64,000 bases of DNA. Source: an uncultured delta proteobacterium (GTDB lineage Bacteria > Myxococcota > Myxococcia > SLRQ01). The stretch lies in contig CAVSGM010000002.1 in assembly GCA_963727485.1 (NCBI GenBank), positions 1,184,001 through 1,248,000 on the forward strand, in the 5' to 3' direction. Position numbers and translations under genes: made by a program. This document shows positions 52,114-61,727 of the stretch, piece after piece. Position 1 is the stretch's first letter; every line of letters starts with the position of its first letter. Under the pieces are notes generated by a model. That model did no database searches. It was not told where the DNA came from and saw only the letters and a list, made by a program, of their open reading frames with translations.

Positions 52114-54086
52114 GTGTTCCAGCTCAAGTCCGTGGCCAAGCACTTCTCGGGGGCGCCGCTCTTCGAGGGGGTGACCTGGGTGCTGGCCGACGACGACCGG
52201 GTGGGCCTGGTGGGCCCCAACGGCATCGGCAAGACCACCCTGATGAAGATCCTCGCCGGGGCCGAGCCGGCCGACGCCGGCGAGGTGGTCCGCCCCAAGG
52301 GCGCCCGGGTCGGCTACCTCGCCCAGGAGATCGCCCGGACCACCGACCAGACCGTCCTCGAGGCGGTGATGGACGGCGCCGAGGACATCCGCGCCGCCGA
52401 GGCCGAGCTTGATGGCCGCCGAGGCCGAGCTCGCCTGGGCCGAGGGCGCCGCCCCGGAGGACGCCGAGGCGCTGGCCCACCGCCACGCCGAGGCCCTCGA
52501 GCGGGTGCAGCTCAAAGGCGGCTTCACCCTCGAGGCGAGGGCCCACGAGATCCTCCGGGGCCTGGGCTTCTCCGAGGAGAAGGCGGTGGCGCCGCTGACC
52601 ACCCTCTCCGGCGGCTGGGTGATGCGGGCCCAGCTGGCGCGCCTGCTCCTCTCGCGCCCCGAGCTCTTGCTCCTCGACGAGCCCACCAACCACCTCGACC
52701 TCGAGTCCATGGCCTGGCTCGAGGGCTTCCTCCGGGACTACCCCGGCGCCTGGGCGGTGGTCAGCCACGACCGGACCTTCCTCAACCACCTGGTCGACCG
52801 GGTCGCCGAGCTCACCCCCGACGGGCTCTTCGTCTACGAGGGCGACTACGACGCCTACGTCGAGGCCCGCGCCGAGCTCGAGGCCCAGCTCGCCAAGGCC
52901 GAGAAGGGCTACGAGAAGCGCCGCCGGGAGATCCAGGCCTTCGTCGACCGCTTCCGGGCCAAGGCCACCAAGGCCCGCCAGGCCCAGAGCCGCCTCAAGC
53001 GCCTGGAGAAGATGGAGGCCGAGGACAAGCCGCCGGCGGCACCCAGGCGCCCCACCCGCACCCTCGCCTTCGACCTCCCCCAGCCCGCCCGCGCCGGGGA
53101 GGTGGTCCTCACCCTCGAGGGGGTCACCAAGGGCTACGGCGCGGTGCCGGTCTACGACGGCCTCGACCTCACCATCCGCCGGGGGGAGCGGGTGGCGCTC
53201 CTCGGCGAGAACGGCGCCGGCAAGTCCACGCTCCTGCGCCTCCTCGCCGGCGATCTGGCCCCCGACGCCGGCCGGCGGGTCGTGGGCCACAAGGCCGAGG
53301 CCTTCTACTTCGCCCAGCACCAGGCCGAGGCCCTCGACGGATCCCTGACCATCCTCGAGACCATGCGGGCGCTCTTGCCCCTGGAGGCCGAGAGCCGGGT
53401 GCGGGGCCTCCTCGGCGCCTTCCTCTTCTCCGGGGAGACGGTGGACAAGCCGGTGCGGGTCCTCTCCGGGGGCGAGAAGAGCCGCCTGGCGCTGGCGAAG
53501 ATGCTCGCCCGGCCGGCGAACGTGCTCCTCCTCGACGAGCCCACCAACCACCTCGACCTCCCCAGCCGCGAGATGCTCGAGTCGGCGCTCGCGGGCTTCG
53601 GCGGGACCTTGGTGTTCATCAGCCACGACCGGTTCTTCATCAACCGGGTGGCGACGCGGGTGGTCGAGATCCAGCCCGGGGGCCGGGTCACCGACTTCCC
53701 CGGCGACTACGACTACTACCTGTGGAAGCGCGCGCGCCTCGCGGCCGAGGCCCGGGGCGCTGAGTCCGGCGGCGCGGGATCGGCGGGCGCGGCGGGCGCG
53801 GCGGCGCACGGCGACGGCGGCCCCCAAGGCCAAGAGCCAGGCGGCCCTCGACCGCGAGCGGCGCAAGGCCGAGGCCCGGGAGGCGGGCAAGCGGGCCAAG
53901 GAGGCGGCGCGCCTGGAGTCGGAGATCGCCGCCGCCGAGGCGCGGATGACCGAGATCGACGCCCTGCTCTGCGAGCCCGGGATCCACGCCGACGGGGAGA
54001 AGACCCGGGCGCTGCTCGCCGAGCGCGAGCAGGTGGCCGCCGGCCTGCCCGGGCTCTACGCGGCCTGGGAGGCCGCCGCCGGCTGA
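52114..54086 (+). CDS. ABC-F family ATPase; frameshifts near 52410 and 53790
   Basis: GPNGIGKT, LSGGW, LLLDEPTNHLD (twice), GENGAGKS, LSGGEKSR. The C-terminal coiled coil RLESEIAAAEAR...LYAAWEAAAG* is in a third frame. Confidence 0.9.
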
Positions 54087-54118
54087 CGAGGCCGGCCGAA
54101 ACGACCAAGGAGGCAGCG

Positions 54119-54859
54119 ATGCAGGTCAGCGAGGACATCCAATTCCCGGCGGCGGACGGCCGCCTGATGCGCGCGGCGCTCGCGGTCCCCGACGGCGAGG
54201 GCCCGTTCCCCGCGGTGCTGGTGGTCCACGAGATCTTCGGCCTCGACGACGACATCCGCCGCATCTGCGGGGTGTTCGCAGAGAAGGGCTACGTGGCCCT
54301 GGCCCCGGATCTCTGGGACCGCCGGGCGCCGAAGATGGTGTGCATCGCCCGGGCGATGCGCAGCCTCAAGCGTGGCGAGGGCGAGTTCTTCGACCACCTC
54401 GCCGCCGCCCAGCGCACCCTCGCCTCCCGGGACGACGTCGACGGCGACCGGGTGGGGGTCATCGGCTTCTGCATGGGCGGCGGCTTCGCCCTGATGTACG
54501 CGGTGCGCCACGACGTGAAGGTCGCCGCGCCCTTCTACGGCGAGGTCCCCGACGCGGCCGAGGACCTCGAGGGCGTGTGCCCGGTCCTCGGGGGCTACGG
54601 CGGCGCGGACAAGACCTTCGGCCCCAAGGGCGCCCGCCTCGAGAAGCACCTCGAAGAGCTCGGCGTCGACCACGACGTGAAGATCTACCCGGGCGCCGGC
54701 CACAGCTTCATGAACCAGCACACCGGGCTGATGGCGAAGCTCACGGGCCTCTCGCCGATGAAGGTCGGCTACGACCCCGAGGCCGCCGAGGACAGCTGGA
54801 AGCGCATCGACGCCTTCTTCGGCCGCTACCTCAAGGGCGCGCCGGCCTCCCCCGCGTAG
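54119..54859 (+). CDS. Dienelactone hydrolase family protein
   Basis: HEIFGL, GFCMGG, YPGAGHSF; RBS AAGGAGG. Confidence 0.95.
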   Translation: MQVSEDIQFPAADGRLMRAALAVPDGEGPFPAVLVVHEIFGLDDDIRRICGVFAEKGYVALAPDLWDRRAPKMVCIARAMRSLKRGEGEFFDHLAAAQRTLASRDDVDGDRVGVIGFCMGGGFALMYAVRHDVKVAAPFYGEVPDAAEDLEGVCPVLGGYGGADKTFGPKGARLEKHLEELGVDHDVKIYPGAGHSFMNQHTGLMAKLTGLSPMKVGYDPEAAEDSWKRIDAFFGRYLKGAPASPA

Positions 54860-54976
54860 GCCCCCGGGCACGACCGGCCGGGACGGACGGCGTCACCCGG
54901 GCGTTCGACGGGGGCCGAGCCCCCTGCTACGGTCGATCCCGGTACCACCGACCCCTCCGCCCCGAAGGGCTGCACC

Positions 54977-56812
54977 ATGCCCGAGCCCCATCGATCCCTC
55001 GCCCGCCGCCTCGGCGGCGCCTTTGCCGCGGCCGTCTTCGCCTCCCTGCTCCTCGCCGGCTGCGGGGGCCACCCCGGCGGACCGGGCGACGGGGGCACGG
55101 GTGACGGCGGCGCGGCGCCCCCACCCCTCGACACCATCGCCGGGGTCGACGCCGCGGCGGTCGCCGAGCCCTACCTCGCCGGCAACACGGTGCAGCACTA
55201 CTGCGACTGCCAGGCGGGCGCCGCGGCGGGCTGCCTCGCCGGGGACGACACCGCCGGCGACGGGACCGAGGCCCACCCCTACCAGACCCTCGACGCCGCC
55301 ATGCAGTGGGTCAACGGCGCCGCCGGCCGCACCGCCGCCCTCTGCCGCGGCGGGTCCTTCGTCCCGGCCTCCGCCGGCCAGTTCGTCTACACCCTCGCGG
55401 TCACCGGCTGCCCGGTGGGCAAGCTGTGCAACGAGGTGCGCGAGTACCCCGTCGGCGGCAGCGACCCCCGGCCGCTCATCACCAACCCGGCGGGCAACCA
55501 CTACCTGTTCACCTCGGCCGGCTACAACCAGGACACCGGGGGCTGGCGGTTCATGAACCTGCGGCTCAAGGGCAGCTGGGACCCGACCAAGAAGGGCAAC
55601 CTCGCCTTCTTCCTCTACGCCAGCCTCGGCCACCACACCCACGACCTCACCATCGAGAACGTGGACATGGACGGCTTCGACCTCGCCATCCAGGACGCCA
55701 ACAACGCCAACGACGCCTTCACCATCCGCGGCAACCACATCACCCACGCCGGCCGCTGGGCGTTCCTCGGGGGCAGCTCCGACCTCGACCTCTCGTACAA
55801 CTCCTTCGTCGACGACGGGTCCGACAACAAGTTCGACCACGCGGTCTACCTCGCCTCGCACGCCCCCGTCTCGAACGTGACCTTCGAGGGCAACTACGTC
55901 ACCGGCTTCAGCACCCAGAGCGGCAACACCAACTGCCAGGGCGCGCCCATCAACGGCCACGGCGCCTTCGACACCCTCCTGGTGCGCGGCAACGTGATGG
56001 TGGAGGACGCCACCGCCGACCCCGGCTGCTGGGGCCTCGCCTTCACCAACATCACCGGCGCCAAGGAGCCCATCTTCCTGCGCCACGCCACCTTCGACGG
56101 CAACGTGGTGGTCAACGGCGGCAACACCTCGCTTCTGGTCGACAACTGCCCCGACTGCCTCATCGAGAACAACCTGGTGATCCAGACCGCGAATTTCGGG
56201 GGCTATGGCCTGGTCTCCCCGGGCCAGCCGGCGCGCACCCTGGCGCAGCTCGAGGCGCTGGGCTGCACCGACTGCACCACCGGCGACGACGTGGAGACCG
56301 GCGCCACCCTGGTGAACAACACCATCTACTTCGGCGCCGGCAGCGCCAACGGGATGAACGCCGGCCTCGGCATCATCGCCGAGGGCCAGGGCTACGTCGC
56401 CGCCAACAACGTGGTCACCTACGTGGCCACCAGCCACGGGAAGAACGCGGTGAGCTGCTTCGCCTACCCGCTTTCGACCTCCGCCTACCAGTTCATCGAC
56501 CACAACCTCTGCCACGTCGCCGACACCCAGGCGCGGTGGCAGAGCTCGGGCTTCCAGTCGCTTTCGGACTGGCAGTCGGCGTCGGGCTTCGACGCCCACT
56601 CGTCCCAGGCGGATCCGGCGTGGCCGTTCACCGCGCCGCTCACGATCCCCGCCTGGGACGACGCCAAGACCGCGGCCGAGCTCTTCGCCCGGTTCTTCAC
56701 GCCGTCGGGGCCGCCCCTCTCGGGCGCCGGCGACGCCAGCCACGCGGCGGCCACCGACATCACCGGGGCCACCCGTCCGGCGCCGCCGAGCATCGGCGCC
56801 TACGAGCCCTGA
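54977..56812 (+). CDS. Secreted lipoprotein with a right-handed parallel beta-helix (polysaccharide lyase-like)
   Basis: Lipobox LAGC; GDGTEAHPYQTL; Asn-ladder repeats (IRGNHI, FEGNYV, IENNLV, LVNNTI); C-terminal DITG..R...SIGAYE. Confidence 0.85.
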   Translation: MPEPHRSLARRLGGAFAAAVFASLLLAGCGGHPGGPGDGGTGDGGAAPPPLDTIAGVDAAAVAEPYLAGNTVQHYCDCQAGAAAGCLAGDDTAGDGTEAHPYQTLDAAMQWVNGAAGRTAALCRGGSFVPASAGQFVYTLAVTGCPVGKLCNEVREYPVGGSDPRPLITNPAGNHYLFTSAGYNQDTGGWRFMNLRLKGSWDPTKKGNLAFFLYASLGHHTHDLTIENVDMDGFDLAIQDANNANDAFTIRGNHITHAGRWAFLGGSSDLDLSYNSFVDDGSDNKFDHAVYLASHAPVSNVTFEGNYVTGFSTQSGNTNCQGAPINGHGAFDTLLVRGNVMVEDATADPGCWGLAFTNITGAKEPIFLRHATFDGNVVVNGGNTSLLVDNCPDCLIENNLVIQTANFGGYGLVSPGQPARTLAQLEALGCTDCTTGDDVETGATLVNNTIYFGAGSANGMNAGLGIIAEGQGYVAANNVVTYVATSHGKNAVSCFAYPLSTSAYQFIDHNLCHVADTQARWQSSGFQSLSDWQSASGFDAHSSQADPAWPFTAPLTIPAWDDAKTAAELFARFFTPSGPPLSGAGDASHAAATDITGATRPAPPSIGAYEP

Positions 56813-56822
56813 TCCCCGCCGG

Positions 56823-57845
56823 GCGGCCCTGGAGACGCCTGGGTGGCGCCATGGATGACCCGCTCACCCTCAAGGTCCCCAACCCCGAGACCGGCGACCG
56901 CCAACCGACGTCTGGAAGATCGTGGCCCTGCTCGCGTTCATCGCCGGTCATGGTGGTCTTCGCCGCCCACCTCGCCGGCCTGGGTCTCGGTGTCACCGGG
57001 GTCCTCGGCGGGGTGGTGCTGGGCCTGGTGCTGTTGGTGACCCTCGCCTACTTCGCCCCGGCGCCGCTGACCCTGCGCCGGGTGGGGCCGCGCATCGAGG
57101 GGCCTCGGAGACCGGGGCCCTGCCCGCCCGCGCCGGCCGGGTGGTGGTGCGCCGCTACGAGGACATGATGCAGGCCGAGCCTGCCGATGTTCGTCTACGA
57201 GCGTGATCGACGAGGGGCCGGCGCGCAACACGCAGCTGGTCCGGCACGCGCCCCGGGTCTCCCGGGTGCGCGCGTTTGCCGAGGGGCTCTGCCGCATCGG
57301 CGGCTACGAGATGGTCTGGCGCGATCCCGAGGGCGACGAGTGCGCGGCCCTGGAGGCCTTGCGCCATGGATGACCCGCTCACCCTCAAGGTCCCCAACCC
57401 CGAGACCGGCGACCGCAACCACTGGAAGATCGTGGCCCTGCTCGCGTTCATCGCCGTCATGGTGGTCTTCGCCGCCCACCTCGCCGGCCTGGGTCTCGGT
57501 GTCACCGGGGTCCTCGGCGGGGTGGTGCTGGGCCTGGTGCTGTTGGTGACCCTCGCCTACTTCGCCCCGGCGCCGCTGACCCTGCGCCGGGTGGGGCCGC
57601 GCATCGAGGGCCTCGAGACCGGGGCCCTGCCCGCCCGCGCCGGCCGGGTGGTGGTGCGCCGCTACGAGGACATGATGCAGGCCGACCTGCCGATGTTCGT
57701 CTACGAGGTGATCCACGAGGGGCCGGCGCGCAACACGCAGCTGGTCCGGCACGCGCCCCGGGTCTCCCGGGTGCGCGCGTTTGCCGAGGGGCTCTGCCGC
57801 ATCGGCGGCTACGAGATGGTCTGGCGCGATCCCGAGGGCGACGAG
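56823..57845 (+). repeat. ~500-bp direct tandem duplication (copy 1 about 56823-57340, copy 2 about 57343-57845)
   Basis: Both copies run gcgccATGgatgacccgctc...cccgagggcgacgag; copy 1 carries about 10 extra bases as scattered small insertions. Confidence 0.95.
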
Positions 57846-58420
57846 ATCCGCGCGCGGGTGGAGCTCGACACCCCCTGGTGGACCGCCTGCGCGCGGGCCT
57901 CGACGGGGACGACGGGCACCTCCAGGCCGAGCCGGTGCCCACCCGGCCGGTGGCGGGAGGCGGCGTCGAGGTCTCGAGCCGACCGCTGGGCGCGGCGATG
58001 TTCCTCCTGGTCATCCTGGTGCCCGTGATCGTCGTCGGCGCCGTGGCCCTGGTCTCCCACGACAACGGGTGGAAGCTGGACCCGAAGACCCTCGCCCTGG
58101 GAGCCGGGGTGGTCCTCGCCATCGCCGCCACGATGTTCCTGGTGGACCGGCTGGTGACCCAGCCCATCGTCGTCACCCCCGAGGCGGTGCGGCTGGTGTG
58201 GCGGGTGGCGGGGGCGACCCTGCGCGACCGGCGCCTCGACCCGGCGCGCCTCGAGAGCCTCTACCTCGAGGCGGACCGGGCGGGCACCTGGCATCTGGTC
58301 TTCGCCGGGGACGGGATCCACCGCGCCGCCGGCCGCTACCCGCGCCTCGGCGAGGCGGTGGCGGCGCGGCGGGCGATCATCGACGGCCTCCTCGGCCGGT
58401 TCCCGGAGGGCAGGGGGTGA
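57366..58420 (+). CDS. Hypothetical membrane protein (two TM-hairpin plus beta modules); frameshift in a C-run near 57873
   Basis: MDDPLTLKVPNPETG...; adding one C gives ELDTPLVDRLRAG, continuing into ORF 57878..58420. Confidence 0.7.
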
Positions 58421-58977
58421 GCGACGACCTCGTGACCCCGGTCGACCGGAACCGGGCGCGCCTCTCGGACCCCCGGGCCGGGGGCCGGCAGAGCATCGTC
58501 AGGATGCATCTCCAGCCACCCCGGCCGATCGTGGTCTCGCCGTCGCGGCTCACCCTCGGCGGGCTGGGCACGGCCCTGGGCGTTCCCCTGGTCATGGCGC
58601 TGCTGGTGGCGCACTTCGGCGACCTCCATCACCTCCACATGGGGTGGCTGCTGGGGGGCATGGCCCTGCTGATGCTCCTGAGCATCTCCTTCTCCACGTC
58701 GCTCACCTTCGAGCACGGCGAGGTGCACCTTCGCACCCGGCTGCTGGGCGTCCTGGTGCGCGATCGGCCGCTGATGTCGGAGAGGGTGCTGGAGCGCATC
58801 GTCGTGCGCGCCATCCCCTCCCTCCAGCTCGGGGCCCGCGACAGCAGCCAGTACCAGCTGCTGCTCGTGGGCGACGGCGACCCCCAGGTCGTGGGGCCCT
58901 TCGCGAGCAAGCGGCAGGCGTCCGAGGCGCGGCTGGCGATCCTCTCGGGGCTGGCGGCGTCGCGCATGTCCTCGTAG
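58417..58977 (+). CDS. Hypothetical membrane protein
   Basis: GTG start overlaps the upstream TGA; two TM helices, then a beta-rich domain like the modules of the preceding gene. Confidence 0.7.
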   Translation: MSDDLVTPVDRNRARLSDPRAGGRQSIVRMHLQPPRPIVVSPSRLTLGGLGTALGVPLVMALLVAHFGDLHHLHMGWLLGGMALLMLLSISFSTSLTFEHGEVHLRTRLLGVLVRDRPLMSERVLERIVVRAIPSLQLGARDSSQYQLLLVGDGDPQVVGPFASKRQASEARLAILSGLAASRMSS

Positions 58978-59000
58978 ACGGCAATGCTGGGCGCCGGGGC

Positions 59001-59732
59001 TCACCGCCGCGCCAGGATCTCCCCGCGCCGAAACGTCCTCGTGCCGAAGTAGAGCAGCACCCCGCACCCCACCCAGCACCCCGCGCCCAGCGCCAGCACC
59101 ATCCCGAGCCCGAGGTGGACCACGCCCTCGGCCTCGGCGACCATCAGCGCCACCAGCGGCAGCACCGCAAGCCCCGCGCGCTGCCAGGCCGCCTGGAAGG
59201 TGCGCACCCGGCTGCTCACCAGCACCGTGACCCCGAGGCCGAGGCCCGCCACCGCCGGGGCCACGAAGACCACCAGCACCCCCCAGGTGGGGTCCGGGAG
59301 CACCGGCCGTCCGAGGATTGGCCAGGCGACCAGGTCGGCGATCCCGGCGTAGAGGACGAAGCCCACCCCCGCCACCGCCACCGCCGGGAGCCAGGCCACC
59401 AGGACCTTGGCGAGGAGGAGCTCGGCGTCGGTGGTCGGGGTGTAGAGGACCGCCTCCAGGGTGCCGCGCTCGCGCTCGCCGGCGAAGGCGTCGGCGGCGA
59501 TCACCGTGGCCACCAGGAGCGGGACCACCAGGTAGACGGGGACCATGAGCTCCCGGAGCGCCAGGAGCACGAAGGTCTGGGTGGGGTCGAGGCCACGCAC
59601 CAGGGCCAGGAGCAGCGGGATCGCCACCAGCACCCCCACCGGCACCCCCACCAGCGGGATCACCACCGCCCGGCTGCGCGTGACCGTGAGCAGGTCCCGG
59701 CGCACCAGGGCGCGCACCGACCGGGAGTTCAC
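59001..59732 (-). CDS. ABC-2 type transporter permease
   Basis: AADAFAGERERGTLEAVLYTP...ELLLAKV. Confidence 0.9.
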   Translation of the reverse strand: MNSRSVRALVRRDLLTVTRSRAVVIPLVGVPVGVLVAIPLLLALVRGLDPTQTFVLLALRELMVPVYLVVPLLVATVIAADAFAGERERGTLEAVLYTPTTDAELLLAKVLVAWLPAVAVAGVGFVLYAGIADLVAWPILGRPVLPDPTWGVLVVFVAPAVAGLGLGVTVLVSSRVRTFQAAWQRAGLAVLPLVALMVAEAEGVVHLGLGMVLALGAGCWVGCGVLLYFGTRTFRRGEILARR

Positions 59733-60709
59733 CGCCGGCCCCCCGACGGCGCCTCCACGCGCTCGCCAGCCCTGGGCCCGTCGTGGAGCGCCAGGTACAC
59801 GTCGGCGAGCGACGCCTCCACCGGGCTCGCCCGGTACACCGGCACCCCGGCGACCAGGAGCGCCCGGAGGAGCACCGGCACCCGCGCCCGCGCCGCGCCC
59901 TTGACCAGGAGCACCCCCGGGGCGCCCTCCTCGGCGGTGAGGCCGTCGAGCTGGGCGAGGGCCATCCGTGCCGAGGCGATGCGCCGGGGGTCCACCTCGA
60001 GCTCCAGCCGCGCCCCGTGGCCCAGCGCCGCCGCCAGCTCCCTCGGCGCCCCCAGCGCCACCAGCCGCCCCCGCTCCATCACCCCCACCCGGTCGCAGAG
60101 CGCCGCCGCCTCCACCAGGTCGTGGGTGCAGAGGAAGACGGTGCACGCAGTCTCCTGGGCCAGGCGCCGGAGGAGGGGGTGGACCTCCCGCTGCCCCGCC
60201 GGGTCGAGGCCGCCGGTGGGCTCGTCGAGGAAGAGGATCTCCGGGCGGTGGAGGAGCGCCCGGGCCAGCGCCAGGCGCAGGCGCATCCCCGGGGAGAAGC
60301 GGCCGGCCACCTCCGAGCCGTGCCCCTCGAGACCCATGAGCGCCAGGACCTCGTCGACCCGGGCCCGGAGCGCCGGCCGCGGGATGCCGTAGAGGGCGCC
60401 GTGGAGCTCGAGCCCGGTCCGCGCCTCGAGGCGCAGGTCCAGGGACGGGGACCCGGTGAGCACCCCGGTGCGCTGGCGGAGCAGGACCCCGTCGCTCGAC
60501 GGCGAGAGCCCCAGGACCCAGGCCGTGCCGGCGCTCGCCCCCAGCACCCCGTTGAGGAGGCGCACGGTGGTGGTCTTGCCGGCGCCGGGGTGACCGAGGA
60601 AGCCGAAGACCTCGCCCCGGTGGATCTCGAGGTCGAGGTCGTCGACGGCGACGGTGTCCCCGAAGCGCCGGGTGAGATGCTCGGTGAGGATGACCGGGGC
60701 GCCCGTCAT
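59729..60709 (-). CDS. ABC transporter ATP-binding protein
   Basis: GHPGAGKTT, FSPGMR, LFLDEPT, THDL. Confidence 0.92.
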   Translation of the reverse strand: MTGAPVILTEHLTRRFGDTVAVDDLDLEIHRGEVFGFLGHPGAGKTTTVRLLNGVLGASAGTAWVLGLSPSSDGVLLRQRTGVLTGSPSLDLRLEARTGLELHGALYGIPRPALRARVDEVLALMGLEGHGSEVAGRFSPGMRLRLALARALLHRPEILFLDEPTGGLDPAGQREVHPLLRRLAQETACTVFLCTHDLVEAAALCDRVGVMERGRLVALGAPRELAAALGHGARLELEVDPRRIASARMALAQLDGLTAEEGAPGVLLVKGAARARVPVLLRALLVAGVPVYRASPVEASLADVYLALHDGPRAGERVEAPSGGRR

Positions 60710-60848
60710 GGTCTGCTCCACGCGCAACCGGCCGCGGCCACCCGGGCCACGCGCCGGCTCCACCGGATCGTTAGACCCTCGCCGGGGGGCGCGCTACCGG
60801 GGTCGGGCCCCCTTGCCCCGGCCCCGGCGCCGGCCCACCGTGCGACTC

Positions 60849-61727
60849 ATGAGCTGGCACCCCGCCCGCGTCGTCCAGGCCCGACCCCGTCCCCTCACCG
60901 CGGACCTCACCGTCCGGCGGCTCCTCCCGGCGGCGGGGGCCCGCACCGTGGGGCCCTTCGTGTTCCTCGACCACCTGGGGCCGGCGGGCTTCGACCCCGG
61001 CGCCGGCCTGGACGTCCCGCCCCACCCCCACATCGGCCTGGCGACGGTGACCTATCTGTTCGAGGGCGAGCTCCTCCACCGGGACAGCCTGGGGTCGCGG
61101 CAGGTGATCCGCCCCGGGGCGATCAACTGGATGACCGCCGGCCGGGGCATCGTCCACTCGGAGCGCACGCCGGCCGAGATCCGGCCGCACGGGCACGTCC
61201 TCCACGGGATCCAGCTGTGGGTGGGGCTCCCGACCGCCCATGAGGACGACGCCCCAAGCTTCGCCCACTTCTCCGCCGGGGCCCTGCCCTGGCTCGAGGG
61301 CGAGGGGCGCCGGGTCCGGGTGCTCGTCGGCGAGGCCTACGGCGAGGCGTCGCCGGTGCCGGTGCGCTCGCAGACCGGGTACGTCGACGCCGAGCTCGCC
61401 GCCGGCGTCCCCCTGGAGATCCCCGGGCGCTGGCCCGAGACCGCCGTCTACGTGGCCGCCGGTGCCGTGACCCTGGGCGATCAGAGGTTGGCCGAGGGCG
61501 AGCTCGCCGTCCTCGGCCCGGAGGCCGCCCCGGTGATCCGCGCCGAGGCCGCCAGCCGGGTGCTCCTCCTCGGCGGCGCGCCCCTCGACGGCGGGCCCCG
61601 GCACCTGTGGTGGAACTTCGTCCACAGCGACCGGGCCCGCATCGAGGCGGCGAAGGACGACTGGCGTGAGGGCCGCTACCCGGTGGTCCGAGGCGACGAG
61701 GCCGAGCGGGTACCGCTGCCGGCGTAG
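60849..61727 (+). CDS. Pirin family protein
   Basis: GPFVFLDH, HPHIGLATVTYL, HRDSLG, WMTAGRGIVHSE, WWNFV. Confidence 0.95.
   Translation: MSWHPARVVQARPRPLTADLTVRRLLPAAGARTVGPFVFLDHLGPAGFDPGAGLDVPPHPHIGLATVTYLFEGELLHRDSLGSRQVIRPGAINWMTAGRGIVHSERTPAEIRPHGHVLHGIQLWVGLPTAHEDDAPSFAHFSAGALPWLEGEGRRVRVLVGEAYGEASPVPVRSQTGYVDAELAAGVPLEIPGRWPETAVYVAAGAVTLGDQRLAEGELAVLGPEAAPVIRAEAASRVLLLGGAPLDGGPRHLWWNFVHSDRARIEAAKDDWREGRYPVVRGDEAERVPLPA

Noticed and set aside
52392..52431. 17-bp direct repeat gccgccgaggccgagct as a target-site duplication
   Set aside because: It encodes a coiled-coil heptad repeat (AAEAEL-M-AAEAEL); there is no inserted element.
52409..54859. ABC-F/dienelactone hydrolase fusion (816-aa ORF)
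   Set aside because: It is produced by the frameshift near 53790. The ABC-F tail ends at 54086 in another frame, and the hydrolase has its own AAGGAGG RBS and ATG at 54119.
16844..58420. Programmed frameshifting or phase variation in the many split genes (MenE-like, TolB-like, DUF2807, PQQ-like, xdhA, cytochrome c, ABC-F, 57366 gene)
   Set aside because: Most breaks are single-base indels in short G/C runs (for example C6 for C7 at 38337, C5 for C6 near 57873) in unrelated genes, with no slippery heptamers. Long-read consensus error is the simpler explanation.
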